Shown one piece after another: positions 47,117-57,388 of a stretch of 64,000 bases of DNA. The stretch is taken from NCBI GenBank assembly GCA_963768655.1, contig CAVYIM010000004.1, positions 154,500 to 218,499 on the forward strand, read 5' to 3'. The position numbers and the translations under genes are program-made. The DNA is from an uncultured Chloroflexia bacterium (GTDB taxonomy: Bacteria > Chloroflexota > Limnocylindria > Limnocylindrales > CSP1-4). Within the stretch, counting starts at the first letter, position 1, and every line of letters starts with the position of its first letter. A model generated the notes under the pieces. That model was given only the letters and a program-made list of their open reading frames with translations. It made no database searches and had not been told where the DNA came from.

Positions 47117-47145
47117 AACCCTCGCCGGCAGGCGAGGGTTTTTTT
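47117..47145 (+). terminator. Rho-independent terminator/attenuator upstream of ilvB
   Basis: CCCTCGCC (47119-26) pairs with GGCGAGGG (47131-38) around the loop GGCA, followed by T7 (47139-45). It lies about 85 nt upstream of the ilvB start. Confidence 0.8.
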
Positions 47146-47228
47146 GATGAGCCGAACAGACCAGGAATCGTAGGTCGAGAGCGGGGCGCCGCAAACAGAC
47201 GAGTGCCACCGAAAGGAAGGGCGAAGCG

Positions 47229-49211
47229 ATGGGGACCACGGACGACGGACCGGGCCGTTCGCCGACGGCGATTTCGGGCATGACGCACCGGGCGGGCGGC
47301 GCAGGGACGGGCGGCGCTCGCGGCTCGGCCCAGGGCGCGCCCGCCGCGGGCGGAGAGGCTGCCGCCGAGCGGGGGCGTATCAACCACATGCCGGGGGCCG
47401 GTACGCCCCGCGCCGAGGCGATCAGCGCCGGGCGGCGCGAGATGCTGACCGACAGCCACCGCCTCCACATCAAGAGCCTGGCCGAGCGCGGCGCGAACCG
47501 GCCTCGCATCGGCGCGGATGCGGTCTGCGAGGCTCTGCTCCGCCAGGGCGTGGGGGTCTTCTTCGGGTACCCGGGCGGCGTCGTCCTGCCCTTCTACGAC
47601 GTCCTCGGCGACTACCCGGAGCTGCGCCACATCCTGGTCCGCCACGAGCAGGGCGGCGCCCACGCCGCCGAAGGCTACGCCCGCGCCACCGGCAAGGTCG
47701 GCGTCTGCCTGGCCACCTCGGGCCCGGGCGCGACGAACCTGGTCACCGGCATTGGCAACGCCATGCTGGACTCGGTTCCGATCGTGGCCATCACCGGCAA
47801 TGTCGTCGGTTCGCTGCTCGGCAAGGACGCCTTCCAGGAGATCGATATCACGGGCATCACGCTGCCCTGCACCAAGCACAACTACCTGGTCCGCGATCCC
47901 AACGACATCCCCCGCGTCTTCGCCGAAGCCTTCCACATCGCCCGCACCGGACGTCCGGGCCCGGTCCATATCGACCTGACCAAAGACGCGCTGATGGGGG
48001 AGTGCTCGGCCGCGCACCCGGACAGCGTCGATCTGCCCGGCTTCAAGCCCACCTTCGAGGGCCATCCCCGCCAGATCAAGCTGGCGGCCCAGGAGATCGC
48101 CAGGTCCGAACGCCCGGTCATCCTGGCCGGCCACGGAGTCCTGATCGCCGACGCCACCGAAGAGCTGCGTGAGCTGGCCGAGAAGGCCCAGATTCCTGTG
48201 GCCCACACGCTCCTCGGCGTCAGCGCCATGGACGAGACAAACCCGCTCAGCCTGGGCTTTGTCGGCATGCACGGCTGGAAGCACGTCAATCGGGCGATCC
48301 AGTCGGCCGACCTGCTGATCGCCCTGGGAATGCGGTTCGACGACCGGGTCACCGGCCACGTGCCCACCTTCGCGCCCTACGCCCGGATCGTCCATGTCGA
48401 CATCGACCCGGCCGAGATCGGCAAGAACGTGGCTGTCGAGATCCCGATCGTGGGCGACGTCAAGCGCGTCCTGCGGGCCCTCATCCCCCAGGTCGAGGCC
48501 GTGGCTCCGGAGCGGCGAGCGGCGTATCTGGCGGAGATCGCCGCGTGGCGGGCCGAGTCGCAGAAGACGCCGTGGCACGGCTCGGGGGCGTGGCGCAACG
48601 GCCAGCTCTCGGCCGACTTCGTGGTCAGCCGCATCGGCGATGCCACGGGACACGACGCGACCATCGTCGCCGACGTGGGCCAGAACCAGATGTGGACCGC
48701 CCGTTACGGCGGCTTCCGCCGGCCGAACAGCCACATCAGCTCCGGCGGCCTCGGGACGATGGGCTACGGCCTGCCGGCCGGAATGGGCGCCGCCGTGGGC
48801 CGGCCCGACAAGGAGACCTGGTCGATCGTCGGCGACGGCGGGCTGCAGATGACCGTCCAGGAGCTGATGACACTGGTTCAGGAACACATTCCGCTCCGGA
48901 TCGCGCTGCTCAACAACCACAAGCTGGGCATGGTCCGGCAGTGGCAGGAACTCGTGTACGCCGGCAACTACCATTCCTCGCATCTGCTCGGCCCCGACTG
49001 GTGCAAGCTCGCGGAGGCGTACGGCGTCGCCGCCTTCCGAGCCGACTCGCCCGAGCAGGTCGACGCCGCAATCGCTTCCGCCCGGGCCGTGGACGGCCCG
49101 GCGCTGATCGAGTTCTGCATCGCCCAGGAACAGAACGTCTTCCCGATGATGCCGGCCGGCAAGGGCCTGTCGGATCTGCTCGAGGAACAGTTCGAGGAGC
49201 CCAACCGATGA
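47229..49211 (+). CDS. ilvB: acetolactate synthase large subunit
   Basis: Contains the ThDP-enzyme motifs GADAVCEALLRQGVGVFFGYPGG, SGPGATN and GLGTMGYGLPAGMGA. The ATG at 47229 follows AAAGGAAGGG. Shorter starts at 47388 or 47442 are possible, because the N-terminal ~70 aa are low complexity. Confidence 0.9.
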   Translation: MGTTDDGPGRSPTAISGMTHRAGGAGTGGARGSAQGAPAAGGEAAAERGRINHMPGAGTPRAEAISAGRREMLTDSHRLHIKSLAERGANRPRIGADAVCEALLRQGVGVFFGYPGGVVLPFYDVLGDYPELRHILVRHEQGGAHAAEGYARATGKVGVCLATSGPGATNLVTGIGNAMLDSVPIVAITGNVVGSLLGKDAFQEIDITGITLPCTKHNYLVRDPNDIPRVFAEAFHIARTGRPGPVHIDLTKDALMGECSAAHPDSVDLPGFKPTFEGHPRQIKLAAQEIARSERPVILAGHGVLIADATEELRELAEKAQIPVAHTLLGVSAMDETNPLSLGFVGMHGWKHVNRAIQSADLLIALGMRFDDRVTGHVPTFAPYARIVHVDIDPAEIGKNVAVEIPIVGDVKRVLRALIPQVEAVAPERRAAYLAEIAAWRAESQKTPWHGSGAWRNGQLSADFVVSRIGDATGHDATIVADVGQNQMWTARYGGFRRPNSHISSGGLGTMGYGLPAGMGAAVGRPDKETWSIVGDGGLQMTVQELMTLVQEHIPLRIALLNNHKLGMVRQWQELVYAGNYHSSHLLGPDWCKLAEAYGVAAFRADSPEQVDAAIASARAVDGPALIEFCIAQEQNVFPMMPAGKGLSDLLEEQFEEPNR

Positions 49212-49849
49212 GCCCCACCGGTTCGAACCCCGGGGGCGGCGCCGATCAAGGCGTCGCCCCGGCGCTGGGTGGTGCGGCCGCATCTCACTCGGCGCCGGCC
49301 CACACCGCGCCGCCGGCGCGGGCTCTGCCCGGCCACGGCGAGGCGCACCGTCACGTGCTCGTCGCCATCGTCCTGAACAGGCCCGGCGTCCTCAACCGCG
49401 TCGCCAGCCTCATGCGGGCGCGCAATTTCAACATCGAGACCCTCGCGGTCAGTCACACTGATCAGCCGGAGGTCAGCCGCATGACGCTCACGCTCCACGG
49501 CGACGACGTGGCGGTCGAGCAGGCGGCCAAGCAGCTGTACCGGCTCATCGACGTCCTCAAGGTCCAGGACGTCACCAGCGACCCGACCGTCGAGCACGAG
49601 ATCGCGCTGATCAAGGTCCGCGCCGACGACCGCAATCGCGGCGAGGTGTTGACCATCGCGGACATGTACAAGGCCAGAGTCGTGGATCTTGCGGCCGAGT
49701 CGCTGATCGTGGAGGCGACCGGGACCGAGGCCGAGGTGGATGCGCTCATCGCGCTCCTTCGCGGGTTCGGGATCAAGGAGCTCGTCCGCTCGGGAACCGT
49801 CGTTATGTCCCGGGGTGCCGGGTCGATCGAGGAGGCAGTCAAGCGATGA
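49208..49849 (+). CDS. ilvN: acetolactate synthase small (regulatory) subunit
   Basis: The start overlaps the ilvB stop as ATGA. Contains the ACT-type core [33 protein letters not shown]. Confidence 0.9.
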   Translation: MSPTGSNPGGGADQGVAPALGGAAASHSAPAHTAPPARALPGHGEAHRHVLVAIVLNRPGVLNRVASLMRARNFNIETLAVSHTDQPEVSRMTLTLHGDDVAVEQAAKQLYRLIDVLKVQDVTSDPTVEHEIALIKVRADDRNRGEVLTIADMYKARVVDLAAESLIVEATGTEAEVDALIALLRGFGIKELVRSGTVVMSRGAGSIEEAVKR

Positions 49850-50886
49850 CCGCGCGCATGTACTACGACAACGATGCCGACCCCAAGGCTCTCGCCGGCC
49901 AGAAGATCGCCATCATCGGCTACGGGAGCCAGGGCCACGCCCACGCCCAGAACCTGCACGACTCCGGCTACGACGTGACCGTCGTCGAGTCCAACCCCAA
50001 GGCCCGCGCCCTCGCCGAAGAGGCCGGTCTCAAGACGGCCGACATCGCGGACGCCGTCAAGGCCGCGGACGTGATCATGATCCTGGTCCCCGACACCATC
50101 CAGAAGAAGGTGTACGAGGAATCGATCCGGCCGAACATGCACGCCGGCCAGCTGCTCATGTTCGCCCACGGTTTCAACATCCGCTTCGACCGCATCCGCC
50201 CGGGCGAGGGCATCGACGTGGGCATGGTCGCGCCCAAGGGCCCAGGCCATCTCGTCCGCTCCGTTTTCGAACAAGGCGGCGGCGTGCCCGCTCTCTTCGC
50301 CGTCGAGAAGGACGCCACCGGGACCGCCCGTGCCCGTACCCTCGCCTACGCGCGTGGCATCGGCGCCACCCGCGCCGGCGTTCTCGAGACGACGTTCAAG
50401 GAAGAGACCGAGACGGATCTCTTCGGCGAGCAGGTCGTGCTCTGCGGCGGCGTCACGAACCTGATCAAGAACGGCTTCGAGACCCTGGTCGAGGCGGGCT
50501 ACCAGCCGGAGCTGGCCTACTTCGAGGTGATGCACGAGCTCAAGCTGATCGTCGACCTGATGTACCGCGGCGGCATGAACTTCATGCGCTTCTCGGTCAG
50601 CGACACCGCCGAGTACGGCGACTACGTCTCCGGCCCGCGGATCATCGACGCCCGCGTGCGCGCGGAGATGAAGAAGGTTCTGGGCGAGATCCAGGACGGC
50701 AGCTTCGCGGCGGCATGGATCGCCGAGAACGAGGCCGGCCTGCCGAACTTCAAGAAGATGCGCGAGGCCGGCCGCGACCACCAGGTCGAGCAGGTCGGTG
50801 CCCGGCTGCGCAAGGCCATGCCGTTCCTCAACCCCGTTGAGGTCGTCGACGGCCAGCCGCAGGCCTCGGCCAGGTCCAAGGAGTAG
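49846..50886 (+). CDS. ilvC: ketol-acid reductoisomerase
   Basis: Contains [24 protein letters not shown] and GEQVVLCGG. The start overlaps the ilvN stop as ATGA. Confidence 0.95.
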   Translation: MTARMYYDNDADPKALAGQKIAIIGYGSQGHAHAQNLHDSGYDVTVVESNPKARALAEEAGLKTADIADAVKAADVIMILVPDTIQKKVYEESIRPNMHAGQLLMFAHGFNIRFDRIRPGEGIDVGMVAPKGPGHLVRSVFEQGGGVPALFAVEKDATGTARARTLAYARGIGATRAGVLETTFKEETETDLFGEQVVLCGGVTNLIKNGFETLVEAGYQPELAYFEVMHELKLIVDLMYRGGMNFMRFSVSDTAEYGDYVSGPRIIDARVRAEMKKVLGEIQDGSFAAAWIAENEAGLPNFKKMREAGRDHQVEQVGARLRKAMPFLNPVEVVDGQPQASARSKE

Positions 50887-50979
50887 TTGCCAAAGCGATG
50901 AGTGGCGAGGCCGGATCGGTTTCGGCCTCGCTACTCCGCCCCGCCACCTGCCCGGAAGCCAGACAATGGAGAACCTCCA

Positions 50980-52164
50980 GTGAGCACGCCTCAGCCGCTG
51001 AATCAGGCCGACCCAGCGGCGACGTATCGCCTCGTCGTCGTTCCCGGTGATGGGATCGGCCCGGAGGTGATTGCCGGCGGCCGGCGCGTGCTCGAGACGA
51101 CAGGGCAGATTTTCGGGTTCGGGATCGAGTGGACCGAAGTGCTCGTCGGCGGCGTCGCCTTCGATGCGTACGGCGTCGGTGTCCGCGACGAAGACGTCGA
51201 CAAGTGCGCAGCCGCCGATGCCGTCTACTTCGGTGCGATCGGGGACCCGCGGTTCAACGATCCGAGGTCGAAGGTTCGGCCCGAGCAGGCGCTCCTGCGG
51301 CTCCGCAAGGACCTCTGCCTGTACGCCAACCTTCGGCCGGTCACGGTCCAGCCCATCCTCGCGGCCAGTTCGCCCGTTCGCGAATCGCTGGTGAAGGACG
51401 TGGATCTGCTGATCGTCCGAGAGCTGACCGGTGGCCTCTACTTCGGCAAGCCCTCGGAAACCCGCGTGACGCCTGCGGGGCGCGAAGTCGTGGACACACT
51501 CACCTACACCGAGCACGAAATCCGCCGCGTCGTGAAGCTCGGCTTCGAACTGGCACGCAGCCGCCGCAAGAAGCTGACCAGCGTCGACAAGGCGAACGTG
51601 CTGGAGTCGAGCCGGCTGTGGCGGACGATCGTCGAGGAGGTCAAGCCCGAGTACCCGGACGTCGAGCTGGAGCATCGGCTGGTGGACGCCTGCGCCATGT
51701 CGCTCGTCACTCGCCCCGCCCAGTTCGACGTGATGGTCATGGAGAATCTCTTCGGCGACATCCTGAGCGACGAGGCCAGCGTGCTGGCGGGCTCGCTCGG
51801 GATGCTGCCTTCGGCATCGCTGGGAGAGAGGCGAACGGACCACGGACTGTTCGGCTTGTACGAGCCCATTCACGGATCCGCGCCCGACATCGCGGGCCAG
51901 GACATTGCCAACCCGCTGGCGACGATCCTCTCCGCGGCAATGATGCTGCGCTGGTCCCTGGGCCAGACTGCCGCGGCCGAGGCGATCGAGGCCGCGGTCG
52001 GGGCCGCGCTGGCAGACGGCTACCGGACGCCGGATCTGGTCGCCGCGACGGGCGAGCAGCCGGGGCAGCGCAAGGTCGGGACGCAGGCCATGGCCGATGC
52101 GGTAGTCGCCGCCCTCCAGGCCGCGGCCGGGGCTGCCGGCGGCGCGAAGGCGGCCGTCCAATGA
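50980..52164 (+). CDS. leuB: 3-isopropylmalate dehydrogenase
   Basis: The GTG lies 6 nt after GGAGAA. Contains VVPGDGIGPEV, RELTGGLYFG and NLFGDILSDEAS. Confidence 0.9.
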   Translation: MSTPQPLNQADPAATYRLVVVPGDGIGPEVIAGGRRVLETTGQIFGFGIEWTEVLVGGVAFDAYGVGVRDEDVDKCAAADAVYFGAIGDPRFNDPRSKVRPEQALLRLRKDLCLYANLRPVTVQPILAASSPVRESLVKDVDLLIVRELTGGLYFGKPSETRVTPAGREVVDTLTYTEHEIRRVVKLGFELARSRRKKLTSVDKANVLESSRLWRTIVEEVKPEYPDVELEHRLVDACAMSLVTRPAQFDVMVMENLFGDILSDEASVLAGSLGMLPSASLGERRTDHGLFGLYEPIHGSAPDIAGQDIANPLATILSAAMMLRWSLGQTAAAEAIEAAVGAALADGYRTPDLVAATGEQPGQRKVGTQAMADAVVAALQAAAGAAGGAKAAVQ

Positions 52165-53837
52165 GCAACCGCGTAGTCCTCTACGACACGACGCTCCGCG
52201 ACGGGACGCAGCGTGAAGGCCTGATCGTGTCGCTGGCGGACAAGATCAAGATCGCTCGCCGCCTGGACGAATTCGGCCTGGCCTACATCGAAGGCGGCTG
52301 GCCGGGCTCCAATCCCAAGGACGTCGACTTCTTCGCGGCCGCCCGGTCGATCCAGTGGAAGAACGCGAAGCTCGCGGCCTTCGGCTCCACCCGGCACCGC
52401 TCCAACCGCGCGGAGACCGACCCGAACCTGGTCGCCATCGTCGCCGCCGGCACGCCGGTCGTGACGATCTTCGGCAAGAGCTGGCTGCTGCACGTCCGCG
52501 ACGTTCTCGGCGCCACGCCCGAGGAGAACCTGGCGATGGTGGCCGACTCCGTGGCCTTCCCGGCCGCCGCAGGCCGCGAGATGGTCTACGACGCGGAGCA
52601 CTACTTCGACGGCTACAAGGACGATCCCGCCTACGCCCTGGCCACTCTCCGAGCGGCCCGCGGCGCCGGGGCGGCCACCCTCGTACTGTGCGATACCAAC
52701 GGCGGCACGCTGACCGATGAGCTGGTGGAGATCGTGCGCGCGACGATGGCCGCTCTCGCGGACGACCTCGACGGCGGCGCTGCCGAGGTGATCTGGGGCA
52801 TCCACTGCCATAACGACTCGGAGCTGGCGGTGGCCAACTCCCTGGCGGCGATCGCCAGCGGCGTCCGCCACGTCCAGGGCACGATCAACGGTTACGGCGA
52901 GCGCTGCGGCAACGCCAATCTGGTCAGCATCCTGGCCGACCTGGAACTCAAGACGAGCTACGAGCCCGTTCCGTCGGGCCGCCTGGGTGAGCTGACGGAG
53001 ATGGCCCGCTACGTGGCCGAGATCGTCAACATCGCGCCGGACGACCACCAGCCGTACGTCGGCCGCTCGGCGTTTGCCCACAAGGGCGGAGTCCACGGCT
53101 CCGCGACCGCGCGCGCCAGCCGCGCCTACCAGCACGTGGACCCCGGCGTAGTCGGCAACGTCATGCGCCTCGTGGTTAGCGAGCTCGGCGGCAAGGCCAA
53201 CACGCAGCTTCGCGCCGAGCAGCTCGGCCAGCAGCTCGACGGCGTGGATCCGAAGGCGCTGAGCCAGGTCATCAAGCAGCTCGAGGCCGAAGGGCTCGCG
53301 TTCGAGGGCGCCGAGGCGTCGTTCGAGCTGCTGGTGAAACGCCACAAGGCCGGCTACGAGCCGCCCTTCGAGCTGTGCGACTACACTGTTCTCGTGGAGC
53401 AGCGCGGCGGGGCCGAGCTGCTGGCCGAGGCCACGGTCAAGGTCGAGGTCGCGGGCGAGGTGCTCCACACCGCAGCTGACGGCAACGGCCCGGTCAACGC
53501 CCTGGACACCGCCCTGCGCAAGGCCCTGGGCGCCTTCTACCCGCAGCTCGACTCGGTGCACCTGGTGGACTACAAGGTCCGCATCCTCGACAGCGAGGAG
53601 GCGACGGGCGCTCAGACGCGGGTCATCATCGATTCATCGGACGGCGCCCGGGAGTGGTCGACGATGGGCAGCGGAACGAACATCATCGCGGCGTCGTGCC
53701 AGGCCCTGTGCGACTCGCTCGAATACGCCATCTGGAAGACGGGCGCGGAAGTGCGGCGACGCGACGAGCGCCACTTCACCACCGCCGCGCCCGGCAACGG
53801 CACGGCCGGCGCCACCCGGCCGGGCCGCTCCGGGTAG
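52161..53837 (+). CDS. cimA: citramalate synthase-type member of the LeuA/CimA family
   Basis: Contains LYDTTLRDGTQREG, EGGWPGSNPKDVDFF and HCHNDSELAVANSLAA. The N-terminal pattern matches what I recall for the CimA subfamily, but LeuA activity cannot be excluded. Confidence 0.75.
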   Translation: MSNRVVLYDTTLRDGTQREGLIVSLADKIKIARRLDEFGLAYIEGGWPGSNPKDVDFFAAARSIQWKNAKLAAFGSTRHRSNRAETDPNLVAIVAAGTPVVTIFGKSWLLHVRDVLGATPEENLAMVADSVAFPAAAGREMVYDAEHYFDGYKDDPAYALATLRAARGAGAATLVLCDTNGGTLTDELVEIVRATMAALADDLDGGAAEVIWGIHCHNDSELAVANSLAAIASGVRHVQGTINGYGERCGNANLVSILADLELKTSYEPVPSGRLGELTEMARYVAEIVNIAPDDHQPYVGRSAFAHKGGVHGSATARASRAYQHVDPGVVGNVMRLVVSELGGKANTQLRAEQLGQQLDGVDPKALSQVIKQLEAEGLAFEGAEASFELLVKRHKAGYEPPFELCDYTVLVEQRGGAELLAEATVKVEVAGEVLHTAADGNGPVNALDTALRKALGAFYPQLDSVHLVDYKVRILDSEEATGAQTRVIIDSSDGAREWSTMGSGTNIIAASCQALCDSLEYAIWKTGAEVRRRDERHFTTAAPGNGTAGATRPGRSG

Positions 53838-53852
53838 TCGCAGGAGGGATCG

Positions 53853-54749
53853 ATGGCATCGCCAGCGTCCGGGATTCGGTCGGCGCCGGAGCCGCCCAGA
53901 GCCTCGCCTCACGTCGCGTTCCAGGGAGAGCCCGGGGCCTTTTCGGAGGATGGCGTCCTGTCTGCGTTCGCCGCTCCCGAAGCCGTCGCGATGCCGACGT
54001 GGCGGGCCGTCTTCGAGGCCGTGCACGAAGGGTCGGCCGACGCCGGCGTCGTCCCCATCGAGCGTTCGGCCGGGGGCAGCGTGCGCGAGATCTACGACCT
54101 GCTCTTCAAGTTCGATGAGATCCGGATCGCCGCCGAGGTGACGGTGCCGGTTCGGCTGGCCCTGCTCGCCCTGCCCGGCCAGACGCTCGACCAGATCGAG
54201 CGCGTGTACAGCATCGCCCAGGCGTTGGACCAGGCCGACGAGTTCCTGCGCTCCCGGCCGTGGCAGGTCATGACCAGCTACAACACGGCGGGCGCCGCCA
54301 AATCCATCGCCGAGAAGCGCGAGATGGCGGGAGCCGCCGTGGCCTCCGCCCGGGTCGCTCCGCTGTACGGCCTGGAGGTGCTCGCCGCCGACATCCAGAC
54401 CGGCGACGCGAACCGGACCAGGTTCGCCGTTCTCGCGCGCGATCCTCTACCTGACTCGTGGTTCGTTCCGGAAGCGCTGGCGGGTCCGATGAAGACGACG
54501 CTGGTCTGGGCGGTCCGCAACGTGCCGGGCAGCCTGTACCGCTGCCTCGGCTGCTTCGCCGAGCGCAGGATCAACCTGTCCCGCCTGGAGTCCCGACCGA
54601 GCCGGGGCGTTCGCTGGGAATATGTCTTCTGGGCCGACATGGACTCGGACCCCGAGTCGCCCGACTGCGCCGCGGCACTGGCTTCCCTCCTGCGCGAGGC
54701 CGTGATGGTCAGGGTCGCGGGCGTCTACCACCGGGCGGCCGAGGCCTAG
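53853..54749 (+). CDS. pheA: prephenate dehydratase
   Basis: Contains VAFQGEPGAFSE and TRF, plus a C-terminal ACT domain (NVPGSLYRCLGCFAERRINLSRLESRP). CAGGAGGG lies upstream of the start. Confidence 0.85.
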   Translation: MASPASGIRSAPEPPRASPHVAFQGEPGAFSEDGVLSAFAAPEAVAMPTWRAVFEAVHEGSADAGVVPIERSAGGSVREIYDLLFKFDEIRIAAEVTVPVRLALLALPGQTLDQIERVYSIAQALDQADEFLRSRPWQVMTSYNTAGAAKSIAEKREMAGAAVASARVAPLYGLEVLAADIQTGDANRTRFAVLARDPLPDSWFVPEALAGPMKTTLVWAVRNVPGSLYRCLGCFAERRINLSRLESRPSRGVRWEYVFWADMDSDPESPDCAAALASLLREAVMVRVAGVYHRAAEA

Positions 54750-54821
54750 GCTGAACAGCCCGGCTCGGGTCCGCCGACCAGGGCGCCGCAGGGGCCCGAC
54801 GCGCCTGCTATGCCGCGCCGC

Positions 54822-55529
54822 TCAGGCGGGCTTGCGCACCGCATCTCGCCGCATGCGTTGCAGCGAGAAGATGTAGCGCACGATCTTGTCCTGCGCCATC
54901 TCCGAGATCGCGACGAAGTGCACGGCGATCGACGTCATCGGAACTTTGGCGGAGGCTTTCGACCTGGCGCGGCCCTCGACGATCTCCTCGACGCGGACGA
55001 CCTCCGCCTCCGCCTCCACCGCCTCCAGACCCAGGCCGATGCTGATCGCGATCTCATCGCCGACGGCCACGATCGGCTCGCCGGGCTGAATCACGAACTG
55101 GATTCCACCGGCGCTGATGTTGCGCGTCGTCCCTCTTCCTGTCAGGCCGGCGATGCCGTCGTCGCTCTGGTCGGTGACCGTATATACGACCGGGCACTGG
55201 GCGTCCAGGCGGAGGTGCGCGCGCCGCTGGACGAGCTGGAAATCGTCCGGCCATTCGACCGAGAACAGGCGCGACCGGCTCGGCCCGAGGTGGCTCAGGA
55301 AGGTCGACGCCGCCACCATCGCCGCGCCCTCGCGCTTGAAGGTCAAGACCACCGGCTGGTCCGGTCGAACCTGCGCCAGGCCGGCGTCGGGTCGAACCAG
55401 GCCAAGCCACAGGCTCGTGGGCATCACGCTGACGACGACCGCGCGCAGCCCAACGACCTTCCCGTCGATATCGACCTCGACGAGAACCTGATCGTGAACC
55501 ACGGGCTTTCTGTTCGGTTCGTTCATCAT
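54822..55529 (-). CDS. PilZ-domain protein (YcgR-like, two-domain)
   Basis: RRAHLRL (the RxxxR motif) is followed by TTRNISAGGIQF (the D/NxSxxG motif). These are the c-di-GMP-binding PilZ signatures. Confidence 0.7.
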   Translation of the reverse strand: MMNEPNRKPVVHDQVLVEVDIDGKVVGLRAVVVSVMPTSLWLGLVRPDAGLAQVRPDQPVVLTFKREGAAMVAASTFLSHLGPSRSRLFSVEWPDDFQLVQRRAHLRLDAQCPVVYTVTDQSDDGIAGLTGRGTTRNISAGGIQFVIQPGEPIVAVGDEIAISIGLGLEAVEAEAEVVRVEEIVEGRARSKASAKVPMTSIAVHFVAISEMAQDKIVRYIFSLQRMRRDAVRKPA

Positions 55530-56074
55530 CTCCGCGACCGCCTCGTCCGGACGCGTGGTGCTGGACGGCCTGGATGCGCCGGTCCACTGCCGGCAGCTCG
55601 CCGTCGCAGGGCCCGAACGACTCGGCCGGAGGCAGCGGCTGCCTGGGCGAGGATACAGCCTGTCGGACTATGAATCGGCCTCGACGCCCGACCCCTTGAG
55701 GGCGGGGGCCCACGGAGCCCACGGACGTTCGATCCCAGGGCGAGTGGTCATTCGAACCCCCGCCCCGTACCCCTTTGGTCCGGCTCCTGTGCCCGCCTGT
55801 TGCATGAGTCGAGGCAGGACCGCCGGCCAGCCGATGGTCCGGGTGCGGGCAGGCACCGCAATCGGCGATTCACCTACCTAACTTGAGGTGACCAACGTAC
55901 CAGCAGTGCGCAGCCTGAGGTCCGGTTGTGAGGCCCCTATTTCGGGGGTTTGATGAGGTCAACGCGCTGGGCAAGAACCGGCGATCGGTGCCCAAAAGCA
56001 ACTTTCGCAGGAGGCCCTCGCCGCCCGGCCGCCCGGAGGTACCGGCCACCGGCCGTGACATGAAGGACTGCAGT

Positions 56075-56674
56075 ATGGAGAGCACGAAGACCCACCGGCG
56101 CCGCAGGCGAGGCCTGCTCGCCCTGCTGATGGCAGGGACCGCACTCATCAGCGCCACTGGCGCGACCATGTCCCTGGCGCTGTTCACCGACCAGGCTGTC
56201 GCCAACGCCAACACGTTTACCACCGGCACGATCCACATCGGGATCACGCCGACGGCGACCATCCTGAGCGACGTCACGATGATGCCCGGCGACACCGTAA
56301 ACGGGTCCGTCGTCGTGACCAACACCGGAAGTGCGTCACTTCGCTACGCCATCTCCGGCTCCGCCTCGAACCTTGACACCAAGGGTCTGGCGTCACAGAT
56401 CACGGTCACGATCAAGACGGCGGATACCGTCGGCGGCACGACGTGCACGGCCTTCGCCGGCACGACGCTGTTTACCGGAGTGGTCCCCTACGTCGAAGGC
56501 CCCCTCTTTGGCACCTACACGGCCCATCCGAACGGCGGCCGCACGCTCGCTGCGGCAGCATTCGAGACCCTCTGCTTCCGCGCGACGCTACCCCTCAATA
56601 CCGCGATTGGCTACGAGGGCGCCACGACGACGATGACCTTCACCTTCTATGCCGAGCAGACCCAGAACAACTAG
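56075..56674 (+). CDS. TasA/camelysin-like secreted protein with SipW-dependent-type signal peptide
   Basis: The signal peptide is MESTKTHRRRRRGLLALLMAGTALISATGATMSLALFTDQAVANANTFTTGT. MMPGDTV and VTNTGSASLRY follow, as in TasA-family proteins. GAAGGA lies 7 nt upstream; an alternative ATG is at 56060. Confidence 0.7.
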   Translation: MESTKTHRRRRRGLLALLMAGTALISATGATMSLALFTDQAVANANTFTTGTIHIGITPTATILSDVTMMPGDTVNGSVVVTNTGSASLRYAISGSASNLDTKGLASQITVTIKTADTVGGTTCTAFAGTTLFTGVVPYVEGPLFGTYTAHPNGGRTLAAAAFETLCFRATLPLNTAIGYEGATTTMTFTFYAEQTQNN

Positions 56675-56764
56675 TAGCGCTTCGGCTGCACCGACGCCGG
56701 CCGTGACTCGCCTCGACGGGTCACGGCCGGCCGTCCGGCACTCTGGAAGGACAGGCAGGGACCT

Positions 56765-57346
56765 ATGAGCACAGCATTGCGGTTGACGCGCTGGCTGCTC
56801 GACCTGGCCCTCATCGCGCTCGTGTTGTCTGTCCTCTCCCTCGTTCTTGCCGCCAACATCGGCCCCGCGATCGGCCATCAGATGGTCGTCATCCGGGGCT
56901 CCTCGATGTCGCCGGCAATCCCGCTGGGAGCCGTCGTCGACATCACCAGCGTCAAGCCCCAGGACCTCAAGGTCGGCGACGTGGTCACCATTACGTCGCC
57001 CGGGGGCACCGTCTACACCCACCGCATCGCCAGGATCGTCACCCAGCCGGACGGGATGTACATCGAAACCCAGGGCGACGCGGTCGGCCACCCCGACTCG
57101 CCGCTCCAGCCGGTATCCGAAGTGACCGGTCGAGTCACCTACTCGCTGCCGTTCCTGGGGTTCTTGCTGTACATGCTTACCATTCCGACCGGCGTCGTTT
57201 CGATCTTCTCCCTGGCCATCACCATGCTGTTGTGCATCTGGCTGCTCGAGGACCTTGAGCAACACCAGGTCCAGGACCAGGAACCTTACGAGTGCGAGCT
57301 GGCGAGGACCCTGGACGCGTTGCGCATGCGTGAGAGGCTGGGATGA
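56765..57346 (+). CDS. signal peptidase I, SipW/archaeal-ER type (S26B)
   Basis: Has an N-terminal TM helix and GSSMSP (catalytic Ser). YTHRI and TQGDAVGHPD indicate the His/Asp type without a catalytic Lys box. A C-terminal TM helix follows. Confidence 0.8.
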   Translation: MSTALRLTRWLLDLALIALVLSVLSLVLAANIGPAIGHQMVVIRGSSMSPAIPLGAVVDITSVKPQDLKVGDVVTITSPGGTVYTHRIARIVTQPDGMYIETQGDAVGHPDSPLQPVSEVTGRVTYSLPFLGFLLYMLTIPTGVVSIFSLAITMLLCIWLLEDLEQHQVQDQEPYECELARTLDALRMRERLG

Positions 57347-57388
57347 GCGTGCGGCGCCTGCGCGTTCCGCTCGTCCTGACGCTGGCAG

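Noticed and set aside
55700-55790. GTTCGATCC and ATTCGAACC strings resembling tRNA T-arms in the PilZ/TasA intergenic region.
   Set aside because: The flanking bases do not form a T-stem, and I could not build an acceptor or anticodon stem around them.
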